Below, in pieces: positions 7,806-17,168 of a stretch of DNA of 56,517 nt. Under the pieces are notes generated by a model, which saw nothing but the letters and a program-made list of their open reading frames with translations, had not been told where the DNA came from and did no database searches. Origin of the DNA: a virus. The position numbers and the translations under genes are program-made. The stretch lies in IMG/VR virus record IMGVR_UViG_3300033150_002389; one strand, written 5' to 3'. Each line of letters starts with the position of its first letter. The stretch's first letter is position 1.

Positions 7806-7866
7806 CGATTTGCCCCGAAAGGGTATCATTCTTCCGCGATTTACCCCGAAAAAGCACCTTTCTTCC
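7806..7866. promoter_or_regulatory. two imperfect 30-bp direct repeats (CGATTTRCCCCGAAARRG...TTCTTCC)
   Basis: 7806-7835 and 7837-7866 read directly; intergenic, upstream of the 7895 gene and the packaging genes. Confidence 0.4.
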
Positions 7867-7894
7867 CCCCTTTTTTAGCTCCCGGACACTTGAC

Positions 7895-8365
7895 ATGGGG
7901 ATAAGAGGTAGGTTAAACTCCGCTAGACTTCGGATTTTTGCGCCAAAATGCACTTTTAACGGGAGTTTCGCATGTAAAGGCCAAGACAAAAAGACGTTTT
8001 TATGCCCAATCCAGGACGCCAGATTCACCGGTCTCCTGGATTTTTATTGTGAAGGGGGTGTGTGGGAGAAAGACGCTCCCCCTGGCGAATTCGACCCTAA
8101 CGCCGTACCCCGCCTAAAATCCATAGAGATCGCCTGCTGGTTCGACAACGACTTCACTGCACTTGATTCCTACTGCGCCTGGAAAGGCTCCGGAAAGCTC
8201 AATATGACCCCCGCTATGTGCCGCCAATTCAAGGTTGCATGGGCGCGGTATTACGTCAGGATGAGGCCCCTTAATCAGAGAAAGCCAAAGTGGCTAAAAG
8301 GGGAGTCGTCCTACCAGGGCGTGAGCCTCCGGTGGGCAAGGGACCATGGATTAGATGACCGGTAA
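7895..8365 (+). CDS. hypothetical Cys-rich protein
   Basis: ORF track. Confidence 0.4.
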   Translation: MGIRGRLNSARLRIFAPKCTFNGSFACKGQDKKTFLCPIQDARFTGLLDFYCEGGVWEKDAPPGEFDPNAVPRLKSIEIACWFDNDFTALDSYCAWKGSGKLNMTPAMCRQFKVAWARYYVRMRPLNQRKPKWLKGESSYQGVSLRWARDHGLDDR

Positions 8366-8549
8366 AAAGGGAAATGACAGGGAAAGGGAGCGCCACAGGA
8401 TAGAAGATAAGATTATTGCGGGCATCGACAAAGAGCGCGGCGAAGCTTGCTCCTGGCCAGAACCGGGACCCCTGCGCGTCCCCATCATTGATCTACTGGT
8501 GTGGAAGGCAACAATTCATAACCGACCAATAAAGGCGTGCTGTTTTTAG

Positions 8550-9110
8550 ATGGCAAAGAAAAAAGCGAGGAACCCAAAGCAAATAGCGTGGCTTAAAGCT
8601 TACCTCGACGAAGGCAGTCACACGTTCCTGAACGCCACCGCCTCGGCAATTGCCGCTGGCTATCGTGCCACCAGTCGACACAGCTTTGGGCAAATCGGGT
8701 ATCGGAACCGAAACCTGCTCGCCACCGAAATTGAGAGCTGGCTCGATGAGCATGGCTTTTCCGATAACCGCCTGAAACTCAAACTCCTCAATCTCATTGA
8801 GGCAAAGCAGACCGTCTTCCATAAACTCAAAGGCGTGATCAATGAGAAGGAACTACCCCAGGGCCACCGCTTAGTGGTCGCCTCAGAAGCGGGCGAGGAT
8901 CCCGGCGATTCGCTTATAGGGATCGACGTCGTTGCACTCGAGACTCAGCGCAGAGCCCTGGATATGGCTTTCAAAATCAAAGGCACATACGCCCCGGACA
9001 GGCACGAACACACCGGTAAAGATGGCAAGCCCATTGAGGTTGACGTAAGAGGTGAAATGAACCTCCAGGCACTCAATGAAGCCATCAAAAAAGACCAGGA
9101 AAACCACTGA
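8550..9110 (+). CDS. terS: terminase small subunit
   Basis: N-terminal NATASAIAAGYRATSRHS matches Terminase_2 signature; immediately upstream of the large subunit. Confidence 0.7.
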   Translation: MAKKKARNPKQIAWLKAYLDEGSHTFLNATASAIAAGYRATSRHSFGQIGYRNRNLLATEIESWLDEHGFSDNRLKLKLLNLIEAKQTVFHKLKGVINEKELPQGHRLVVASEAGEDPGDSLIGIDVVALETQRRALDMAFKIKGTYAPDRHEHTGKDGKPIEVDVRGEMNLQALNEAIKKDQENH

Positions 9111-9225
9111 AAACGCTCCGTTGCTACCAATGCGGTCAACTCCCCGCTGGTCGACGCGACCTCCTAAACCCTGAGCGCCGGGTCTTCAGGGCAATTGGTA
9201 GAAACCCGGCTTCATGTAAACAATC

Positions 9226-10980
9226 ATGGAAAATGCGATAAGAAAACCGAGCAACCTTGAGTACGCAAGGCAGGCCTCCGAGTATCTGCCTTTTGCATCG
9301 TATAGCGGTGCACTCCGGATCTACAGGGAGATGCTCAACGACCCTCATCTCGACGAGCAAGTCCTGGCGATAGTAGGTCTGTATGACCGCTTTTTCCTCA
9401 TCACGCAAGTGCTGCGCTTGCAGTCAGTCATAAATCGCACGTGGCGCCCCGAGTGGCTGTACGAGCGGTGCAGGGAAGTTGAAGCTAATCCCGACGGGCA
9501 CCTGGACTTATGGGCACGGGAGCATTTCAAGACGAGTATCATGACCTTCGCAGGTGCAATCCAGGAAATAGCCAAGGACAGCCCGCTTTACCAGGTCTTC
9601 GACCCACCCGACGCCTACTTCCGGGGTCCAGGGCAAGAGATAACCATCGGCATCTTCAGCCACAATACAAAGATAGCGCGCGACTTCGTGGTGCGCGTGA
9701 AGCGCGAACTGGAAAACAATCCGCTCCTCCCGAGATTCTACCCCACGGTGTTCTGGGATCAGCCCAGGAAGCAAGCCCCGGTCTGGTCGAGAGACGACGG
9801 GCTCATCTGCAAGAGAGTTTCCAACCCGAACGAGGCAACCCTTTCCGGCTGGGGCCTAGTTGACGGCCTTCCCACCTCAAAGCACTTCAAACTCATGATC
9901 TATGACGACGTCGTCACGGAGAAATCGGTGACGACACCCGATATGATCCTCAAGACGACAGAGGCGTGGGAGCTCTCCGACTTCCTGTCGTCCCGTATAG
10001 ACGAGAAGACTCCGCCCAGAAAGTGGTACGTGGGAACGAGGTACAATTTTGCCGATACCTATGGGGTTATGTTGGAGAGGGAAGCTGCAACGCCCCGCAT
10101 TTACCCTGCGACCGATAGCGGGACCCCCGATGGGGCGCCGGTGCTGCTGAGCCCGAAGGAGTGGGAGAAGAAAAAGCGAGACAGCTCGCCACGGACGATC
10201 GCCTGCCAGATGCTCCTCAACCCACTGGCCGGCGAAGAACAGGAACTCAAGCCTGAGTGGATCCGCAGGTGGGAAATCAGGCCTGAAACCCTCAACGTGG
10301 CAATCTGTGTTGACCCGGCGTCCTCGAAGAAGAAAGAGTCTTGCAACTCCGCTTTTGCGGTCATTGGCATTGACGCAGCCTGGAACAAGTATCTGCTGGA
10401 TGGTGCGTGTCACAAGATGGATCTGGCAGCCAGATGGAGGATGCTCAAGTATCTGCGGAACAAGTGGATCAAGCAGCCAGGGGTCCAGACCGTCATGGTA
10501 GCCTATGAAAAGTACGGCATGCAGTCCGACATTGAACACTATGAGCAAATGATGCAAATCGAAAAGGCGGCATTTCCGATCACTGAAGTCTCATGGCCCC
10601 GCGATCGGACCCAGGGCGCAAAGGACGACAGGATTCGCCGCCTCATTCCCGACCACCAGAACTGGAAGTTCTTCTACCCCGAAGTGGAGTATGACCGGGT
10701 TGCAGATCAGTTTAATTTCAAGCCCCGGGCGACCAAGCTCCAGGCCGATGCCATCAAAAGAGGGAAGCCCTATCTTGTAGCAACCAGGATCATGCGTAAG
10801 GACGAGAACGGCGAGCTTTACAACGTGGTTGAGCGCGTCATCAAAAACGAGTATCTGTTTTTTCCCGCAACCACATGGAAAGACTTCCTGGACGCTATGA
10901 GCAGGATTTATGACCTGGATATGCGGCCGCCCCAGGTGGTGAGGGAGCAAGACACTTTACCGGAACCAGAGACCGATTAG
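9226..10980 (+). CDS. terL: terminase large subunit
   Basis: 584 aa; ATPase-like N-terminus and RNase-H-like nuclease motif VAICVDPASS...AFAVIGID; gene order terS-terL-portal. Confidence 0.75.
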   Translation: MENAIRKPSNLEYARQASEYLPFASYSGALRIYREMLNDPHLDEQVLAIVGLYDRFFLITQVLRLQSVINRTWRPEWLYERCREVEANPDGHLDLWAREHFKTSIMTFAGAIQEIAKDSPLYQVFDPPDAYFRGPGQEITIGIFSHNTKIARDFVVRVKRELENNPLLPRFYPTVFWDQPRKQAPVWSRDDGLICKRVSNPNEATLSGWGLVDGLPTSKHFKLMIYDDVVTEKSVTTPDMILKTTEAWELSDFLSSRIDEKTPPRKWYVGTRYNFADTYGVMLEREAATPRIYPATDSGTPDGAPVLLSPKEWEKKKRDSSPRTIACQMLLNPLAGEEQELKPEWIRRWEIRPETLNVAICVDPASSKKKESCNSAFAVIGIDAAWNKYLLDGACHKMDLAARWRMLKYLRNKWIKQPGVQTVMVAYEKYGMQSDIEHYEQMMQIEKAAFPITEVSWPRDRTQGAKDDRIRRLIPDHQNWKFFYPEVEYDRVADQFNFKPRATKLQADAIKRGKPYLVATRIMRKDENGELYNVVERVIKNEYLFFPATTWKDFLDAMSRIYDLDMRPPQVVREQDTLPEPETD

Positions 10981-11000
10981 GCTGGAAGGAGTGCGAGATA

Positions 11001-11294
11001 ATGGCAAAGAAGGGGACATTGTTTGGTAGGCCTCGGGAGGAGGTAATCAAGCGTCCCGGGGCGTTCAGCGCAAAGGCAAAACGTGCCCACATGAGCACGA
11101 GTGAGTATGCAGATAAAGTGCTCAAGAAAGGGAATCGTGCCAGCGCAGAGACGCGAAAACAGGCAGGCTTGGCCAAGGCCTTCGAGACAATGAGGGAGAA
11201 AAAGCTCGCAAAAAAGTCAACCAAGTCAAGCCCGTCGGCCACGGATCGGGATATCGCCCAAGGATACAAGAAAGTGCCTTGGCCAGCGGACTAG
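11001..11294 (+). CDS. hypothetical basic protein
   Basis: ORF track. Confidence 0.4.
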   Translation: MAKKGTLFGRPREEVIKRPGAFSAKAKRAHMSTSEYADKVLKKGNRASAETRKQAGLAKAFETMREKKLAKKSTKSSPSATDRDIAQGYKKVPWPAD

Positions 11295-11453
11295 GGGGCA
11301 CACATGACGACGACATCAGACAAATCCTGGCTTTCTGAGGTTCTTGAGGCGGACCCGGAGCACAACGAGCCCGAGGACGTTTACGAGTTCAGCAACGGCC
11401 GTAAGCTCAAGAGTACCGACAAGACGGACCATGGGATATATGATGGGAGTTAG

Positions 11454-11879
11454 TTGGTGGAATCAAGGAAGCTAACAAGAAGGGGGTTCCTGAAGGTTTC
11501 GGCTGTCGCTATCGGTGCGGGTTCTTTACCCCTGGAGACCATAGAGGCCATTGCCCGGTCAGTTGAAGAAGCCTTCAAAAATGACAAGTTTAATCCAGGC
11601 CATGAATATGGCTCTTTGTTATACACGCCTTGGAACGGTGACAAAACAAAAGAATTAAATAAAACCGTTATTATACAACACCTTCTCCAAAACCTACGAA
11701 AACATGTGCCAGCCAAGTATCTACGCAAAGTTCAAATCAGGAGGAGCATTTCAGATTATTATAGGCCCTCTTCGATAGCTTGGTATTATGCACCTTGGAA
11801 TAAACCAGGATACCTTGGCCTACATGGCAAGTGGGAATATCAGACCAAGGAAGGCGTCTATCTTTGGGTTAAGGCCTAA
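11454..11879 (+). CDS. Tat-signal secreted protein (moron candidate)
   Basis: N-terminal SRKLTRRGFLKVSAVAIGAGS is a twin-arginine motif plus hydrophobic core; body of the gene is AT-rich. Confidence 0.5.
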   Translation: MVESRKLTRRGFLKVSAVAIGAGSLPLETIEAIARSVEEAFKNDKFNPGHEYGSLLYTPWNGDKTKELNKTVIIQHLLQNLRKHVPAKYLRKVQIRRSISDYYRPSSIAWYYAPWNKPGYLGLHGKWEYQTKEGVYLWVKA

Positions 11880-11889
11880 ACTGGGGGAG

Positions 11890-12090
11890 ATGGCCTTTGA
11901 CTTCGAAAAATGGCTCGCTGGTCCAGAGAGAGAGGAGACACGGTTCCAGCACGACCCGCGCTACGACGCACTGCCAGAATCGATCAAGTTCATGTACAGC
12001 CCCGAAGAGTACGCTTGGCTAAGCGACGAGGAGAAGGCACACATTGTCGAAAGAGAATGTATGCCCGACCCGGATGAATTTGGAGGATAA
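11890..12090 (+). CDS. hypothetical protein
   Basis: internal ATG of ORF 11788-12090 after GGGGGAG. Confidence 0.3.
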   Translation: MAFDFEKWLAGPEREETRFQHDPRYDALPESIKFMYSPEEYAWLSDEEKAHIVERECMPDPDEFGG

Positions 12091-12094
12091 AAGC

Positions 12095-12640
12095 ATGAGA
12101 AAAAGTTTTAGGCTGTTTTTGGTCCTTGCCAGCATGCTCCTGCTAGCATGGGCGGGGGCTGGGTGTGTGACGACTAGCGAACAGCCCGCCCCAACTTCCC
12201 AATCTTTCGAGGGATCTCGTTTCCACTACGGCACCATACAGTTTATTCAGCGGACAGTATCAAACGGCATTCTGCGCAAAGGGATTACCGAAAAAACCAT
12301 TCTGCTGCCGGAAGGGGTGCCTGACTTTACTTCCTTTGGTCCTGGCGTAGATCAATATCCCGATGACATAGTTCACCAAATTATGTATCCAACAAAGCCG
12401 GGAGCCAAGTTCAGCAATTATAGCCACTACGCCTTCTTTGCATGGTTCCACCAAGGTGAATTTATCCCCATCGGAATTTATTACACGGACATAGGCGCAG
12501 ATCCAGGCGAAATGTGCTGGATCTATCAACGCAATGTTCCAGGGGAAGCCAGCCCTGAAGACATGCAGGCTCTTGTGAGTTATTACGCTGAGCGCGAAAA
12601 GGCAGTCAAGCAAGATCAGGCGAGTAAACACGGCTTATGA
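12095..12640 (+). CDS. putative lipoprotein
   Basis: GGAGG 8 nt upstream; MRKSFRLFLVLASMLLLAWAGAGC signal peptide with lipobox-like Cys. Confidence 0.5.
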   Translation: MRKSFRLFLVLASMLLLAWAGAGCVTTSEQPAPTSQSFEGSRFHYGTIQFIQRTVSNGILRKGITEKTILLPEGVPDFTSFGPGVDQYPDDIVHQIMYPTKPGAKFSNYSHYAFFAWFHQGEFIPIGIYYTDIGADPGEMCWIYQRNVPGEASPEDMQALVSYYAEREKAVKQDQASKHGL

Positions 12641-12808
12641 CCGCGATCCCCGACAAGACCCTCTGCACAAACAACGAGTGCTGGATCAGGCACGACTGCC
12701 TGAGGTACACCTCCGAGCCACAGAAAGGCTATCGTTATGCATACTTCGTGCCTCGTCGCGTTTTAGGGGCCACCCTTGATTGCAAGCACAAGATCCAGGA
12801 GACGAACA

Positions 12809-13315
12809 ATGGGTAACGTCATCATTGACCCCACAACAAAGAGTACCACCTCAATCAGGGCACGCAAGGACGGCAACGTCTACTCCGTTGATAAGCGAAG
12901 CACGCAGAATGCCATGGCCAAATTCGGCATTATTGTGAAGCCCAAAGAGGAGATAGGAATCGAAGTCAACCCCTACGCACCGGACGGAAACGCGGACTTG
13001 GCCGCCAGGGCGATGAAAGTCCTCGTCGATCACTACCCGGGCTACACATGGATCGTGGAGGTGGACGATAGGCCCAGTGTCGCATGCCTGAATGTCTATA
13101 ACCAGGACGTGAACGCAGCGCTTTTCTCCGGGGCGCCCTACGGCTACAGGATTTTCCTCAGCACGGCCTATGACGACCCGAACCTGAAATGCGTCATGCG
13201 GGCCGGCGGCGAAATCTTGGAGAGGGCGCGTCTTGTGCGAGGGCGAAATCGGGGTGAAGCCCCTATTGCAGTTGACGGGGTTCTCAATAAGCACCAGCCA
13301 CGGAGAGTGAACTGA
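12809..13315 (+). CDS. hypothetical protein
   Basis: AGGAG upstream of internal ATG of ORF 12776-13315; stop overlaps portal start. Confidence 0.45.
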   Translation: MGNVIIDPTTKSTTSIRARKDGNVYSVDKRSTQNAMAKFGIIVKPKEEIGIEVNPYAPDGNADLAARAMKVLVDHYPGYTWIVEVDDRPSVACLNVYNQDVNAALFSGAPYGYRIFLSTAYDDPNLKCVMRAGGEILERARLVRGRNRGEAPIAVDGVLNKHQPRRVN

Positions 13316-15360
13316 TGTTAGAAGCGCAAGCGCACGTATTGCAAGCAAGGGACGACGAGCGGGTGTGGGTGCAGATTGCTCAAGACGCCTACCAAAAGTC
13401 GACGACCTATGTTGACAATAATTACCGAAAACAGTGGGAAAACAATTATCGGCACTTCATGAGCCGGCACCACGCTGGCTCAAAATACTACAAGGCGTCC
13501 TACCTCTACCGCTCGAGGATCTTCCGACCGAAAACCCGTTCTGCTATCCGCAACAATGAGGCGGCTGCCGTTGCAGCGTTCTTCTCAAACCAGGATGTGG
13601 TCTCGATACAAAGCCAGAACACGAATGACCCGATGCAAAGAGCAAGCGCAGACATCGTGGAGGCACTTCTCCAATACAGGTTGACGAAAACTATTCCCTG
13701 GTTTTTGATTTGCATCGGCGCATATCAGGACTCGATGGTTCCCGGAGTGGTCTGTAGCTACCAGAGCTGGGAGTACGAAGAAGCTGAGAGGGTTGACCGA
13801 GTAGCCCTTGTTGACGCTGATAGAAACCCCGTACTGGATGGGGACGGTAAGCCTCAATATACAACTATCAAAGAAAAAAAGGTGATCAAGGACCAACCAG
13901 CAATCAGGCTCATACCCGTGGAAAATTTGCGCATAGACCCCGCAGCTGACTGGACGGACCCTATCAATTCGAGCCCCTACGTAATTGAGCTGATGCCGAT
14001 GTATATCATGGACGTGAAGTTCAGAATGAACGCCTCGGACCCGAAGACAGGCCAGCCCAAATGGCGCGAATTGCCTGACGAGGTCCTGAAGACAGCAAGA
14101 AGCCAAAGGTTTGACATTACCCGCCAGGCCCGTGAGGGGCAGCGGACGGACAGGATGGAGCCACAGGCGTCCAGCAAAGAGCTGGCCCTCTATGACATTG
14201 TGTGGGTCCATCGCAATATCATCAAAATTAAGCACCAGGATTGGGTCTATTACACGCTCGGCACGGAACATCTTCTCTCCGACCCCAAACCTCTGGAGCA
14301 GGTCTATTTCCATGGCGAGAGGCCCTACGTAATGGGCATCTCCGTGATCGAGGCCCACAAAATATATCCAAGCGGGTTGGGTCAGCTGGGAGAAGGTATT
14401 CAGAAGGAGATAAACGAAAACGCCAATCAAAGGCTTGACAATGTAAAGCTCGTGCTAAACAAGCGCTACTTCGTGAAAAGGGGATCCCAGGTGGACCTCA
14501 AGTCCCTCGTGCGAAACGCCGCAGGGTCAATCACGATGGTCAATGATATCAATGGCGACGTAAAGGAGATGGAGTTCAATGATGTAACCCGATCCTCGTA
14601 CCAGGAACAGGATCGGCTGAACGTTGATTTCGACGAAGTGGTGGGCAACTTCTCAGTGTCCACCATCCAGACCAACCGCCGGCTCAATGAGACCGTCGGC
14701 GGAATGAACCTGCTCAAGGGCAACACAAATGCTCTGACCGAATATGCGCTGCGCACATTTTCAGAGACGTGGGTTGAGCCTGTTATGCGACAGCTCGTTA
14801 AGCTCGAACAGAAGTATGAAACGGACACCACCATTTTGGCCATTGCCGCGGAAAAGGCCAACATCTTCCAGAAGTACGGCATTGACGAGGTGACCGACGA
14901 GTTGCTCAATCAGGAGCTAACGACGACCGTGAACGTTGGCATGGGCGCAACTGACCCCCTGATGCGGCTGCGGAACTTTACCTTTGGGCTTAGAATCATC
15001 CTTGAGGTGGTGACAAAGACGCCGCCCGGGTCGCTCAACGTTATGGAGGTAGCGAAAGAAGTATTTGGCTATCTGGGTTTCAAGGACGGGGAGAGATTTT
15101 TTGTCGAGCAGATGGGAGACGATCCAGAGAAGATGCAGATGGGCATGATTATTCAGCAGTTGCAGCTGGCAATCCAACGACTCCAGGAGCAGCTTGATTC
15201 CAAGATGGTTGACAATGAGACGAAGCTTATAGCTGCGAAGATGAAAGAGCAGGGTGAAGACAGACGCAAGCTTGCCGACATCCGAGCAAAGCTCGAAATG
15301 AAAGCCATGGACCTGCTGAACCCGGTCGTTGGCGAGACGGTGCCCGCGAATGCTCACTGA
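13315..15360 (+). CDS. portal protein (putative)
   Basis: 681 aa, position after terminase and before scaffold and capsid. Confidence 0.6.
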   Translation: MLEAQAHVLQARDDERVWVQIAQDAYQKSTTYVDNNYRKQWENNYRHFMSRHHAGSKYYKASYLYRSRIFRPKTRSAIRNNEAAAVAAFFSNQDVVSIQSQNTNDPMQRASADIVEALLQYRLTKTIPWFLICIGAYQDSMVPGVVCSYQSWEYEEAERVDRVALVDADRNPVLDGDGKPQYTTIKEKKVIKDQPAIRLIPVENLRIDPAADWTDPINSSPYVIELMPMYIMDVKFRMNASDPKTGQPKWRELPDEVLKTARSQRFDITRQAREGQRTDRMEPQASSKELALYDIVWVHRNIIKIKHQDWVYYTLGTEHLLSDPKPLEQVYFHGERPYVMGISVIEAHKIYPSGLGQLGEGIQKEINENANQRLDNVKLVLNKRYFVKRGSQVDLKSLVRNAAGSITMVNDINGDVKEMEFNDVTRSSYQEQDRLNVDFDEVVGNFSVSTIQTNRRLNETVGGMNLLKGNTNALTEYALRTFSETWVEPVMRQLVKLEQKYETDTTILAIAAEKANIFQKYGIDEVTDELLNQELTTTVNVGMGATDPLMRLRNFTFGLRIILEVVTKTPPGSLNVMEVAKEVFGYLGFKDGERFFVEQMGDDPEKMQMGMIIQQLQLAIQRLQEQLDSKMVDNETKLIAAKMKEQGEDRRKLADIRAKLEMKAMDLLNPVVGETVPANAH

Positions 15361-15655
15361 TCACGAACTTGGGTATTATCACGCCAAGATCAGCATAGGC
15401 GAAGAGGCGCGCAGGTTCCTTGGCGAACGGGTGGGCAAGTACTTATTGCAGAAAGCACAGCAGGATGTGGACGCGGTTGTGGATGACTTTCAGTCCATTG
15501 ACCCCACAGACACTAAGGCGGTAATCGCATTGCAAATTCGGCTCAAGGCGGCCCTATCGGTACCCCAATGGCTCGAAGAGGCCGTGAGCGAAGGCGCAAA
15601 TGCTCTCAACGAGTATTTGGAGCGTAAAGAACTAGACAAAGAGGAAGGAGGATAA
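15350..15655 (+). CDS. hypothetical protein
   Basis: ORF track, internal start. Confidence 0.35.
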   Translation: MLTDHELGYYHAKISIGEEARRFLGERVGKYLLQKAQQDVDAVVDDFQSIDPTDTKAVIALQIRLKAALSVPQWLEEAVSEGANALNEYLERKELDKEEGG

Positions 15656-15660
15656 ACCCT

Positions 15661-16800
15661 ATGGCAGATCCCGAAAAACAGGACGCTACCCCCAAGGGCG
15701 CGGACAACGAGGATCTCACAGAAGAAGAAAAGCAGCAGCTGGAGAGTCAAGGCCGAGAGAAGGCCGCAGACGTGCGTCTGAGCGCTCTTGACCAGATTGC
15801 AGCCAATGTCGACCGTCAAAGAGTTGAAGAGGACGGAATGAAACTGGACATTGAAGAGCCTGCCCAGGAGGAACCAGAAGGGAACGAAACGGACCAGGCG
15901 GGGGAGGAGACTTCGGGGGAGCACGCGATCGACGAGGCTGAGGCTGCAAAGAAAGAGAAAGAGCAACAGGAGCTAGAGCGGTACGAAGAAGAGGTTACCC
16001 TTGTTATTGACGGGACCGAACAAAAAGTGCCATTGAGCAAGGTGAAGGAGGCCGGGATAAGGACGCTCCAGAAGGAGTCAGCTGCGGATAAACGCCTCGA
16101 AGAGGCATCACGGCTCAAAAAGCAGGCCGAAGAGTTGCTAGAGGAAGCGACGAAAAAAGCCGCCGAGGCACCCACAAAGACGGATGGGTCACCCGACGGC
16201 AAGACCCCGGAAGAGCGCGATGCCGAGTTCAATGAAAAGAAGCGCGCCTGGATACAGGCTATCCAGTACGGAGACGAAGACGAGGCAGCCGCTGCCATAG
16301 ACGAGATCATCGCGGCCGGACGCGGCACTACCCCCGCTATCACGCCCGAGATGATTCAGGAAGAGGTGCAGAAGGCCCTTGAGCAGCGAGAAGAGCAGGC
16401 TAAAGAGCAGGCTGCCGAAGTGATTCGTCAAAAGTTCTTTCAACCCGCGGAAAGTGGAGGCTTCCAGGACCTCGGGGAGAACCCCTACCTGATGGCGGAG
16501 GTTACCCGGATTGTCAATGAGAAACTGGCCGCCGGCGAACCCAATGTATGGGAAACGTACGCCGCAGCGGGCGCAGAGGTCAGAAAAGCCAGGGAAGAGG
16601 CCGTCAAACCCAAGCCCCCCCCTAAACCTAAAGTCGCGGACATGAAAGAAAAAGAAGAGAAGAAGAAGGGCATTGACGAGCCAAAACCCGTCAGTGCAAA
16701 ACAAGAAACCACTACCCCTTCGGACCAGGAGAAAACGGAAGAGCAGGCCCGCGCGGAGGCCGTGCAAGAAATCATGAAGGTCCGAGGGCAAACCAGATAG
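15661..16800 (+). CDS. scaffolding protein (putative)
   Basis: highly acidic Glu/Lys/Ala-rich helical protein between portal and capsid genes. Confidence 0.5.
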   Translation: MADPEKQDATPKGADNEDLTEEEKQQLESQGREKAADVRLSALDQIAANVDRQRVEEDGMKLDIEEPAQEEPEGNETDQAGEETSGEHAIDEAEAAKKEKEQQELERYEEEVTLVIDGTEQKVPLSKVKEAGIRTLQKESAADKRLEEASRLKKQAEELLEEATKKAAEAPTKTDGSPDGKTPEERDAEFNEKKRAWIQAIQYGDEDEAAAAIDEIIAAGRGTTPAITPEMIQEEVQKALEQREEQAKEQAAEVIRQKFFQPAESGGFQDLGENPYLMAEVTRIVNEKLAAGEPNVWETYAAAGAEVRKAREEAVKPKPPPKPKVADMKEKEEKKKGIDEPKPVSAKQETTTPSDQEKTEEQARAEAVQEIMKVRGQTR

Positions 16801-16815
16801 AAAGGAGTAAGAAGT

Positions 16816-16920
16816 ATGCCTGGACAGTTATGGGCGGTGAATACCTTGGGTGGGTACATGTATTCACTCAACCTGAGTAAAAAGCTCAGGATGGCTGTTC
16901 AGCCTCTGATCAAGTTCCGT
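16816..16920 (+). CDS. major capsid protein, exon 1 (35 codons)
   Basis: AAGGAG 9 nt upstream of ATG; MPGQLWAVNTLGGYMYSLNLSKKLRMAVQPLIKFR then TAA at 16921. Confidence 0.6.
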
Positions 16921-17168
16921 TAAGAATGGCGGAAGTAAAACCCGCTCTGATTGACTTGGAAGCCCGGGCGCGGGCGACAAGGCGCAAGCAACGCCACCCT
17001 AAAGGAGGGCGTGTGGGCAGCGTGAACGACTGAGCGAGCGGGCACTGGAGAGAAAATACCAATATCCAGTGATGCGACAGTCTGAACCCCGGCATAACGC
17101 CTCAAGAGAAACCGGGGAGGCTACCCCAACAGGGCGTCCGCCCATGCGGTCATGAAAGTAACAGATTG
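16921..17168 (+). ncRNA. putative group I self-splicing intron (248 nt, no ORF)
   Basis: preceded by U, ends with G, length 2 mod 3; P1, P3, P7, P8 and P9-like helices found by eye in canonical order (details in findings). Confidence 0.6.

Noticed and set aside
7890-7918. TTGACA-N17-TTAAAC promoter-like hexamers
   Set aside because: The -35 hexamer overlaps the ATG of the 7895 ORF and the -10 is a poor match (3 of 6); kept only the upstream direct repeats as a regulatory feature.
9877-10557. 226-aa minus-strand ORF opposite the terminase large subunit
   Set aside because: Lies entirely antisense to a well-supported gene, has no SD, and the translation is Leu/Arg/Pro-rich low complexity typical of shadow ORFs in GC-rich coding DNA.
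13585-14430. 281-aa minus-strand ORF opposite the portal gene
   Set aside because: Antisense shadow ORF; composition not protein-like and it would interrupt the structural operon.
16921-17168. Translational bypass or programmed frameshift to join the two capsid ORFs
   Set aside because: The 248-nt gap is far longer than known bypass elements, and it shows group I splice-site features and helices in canonical order.
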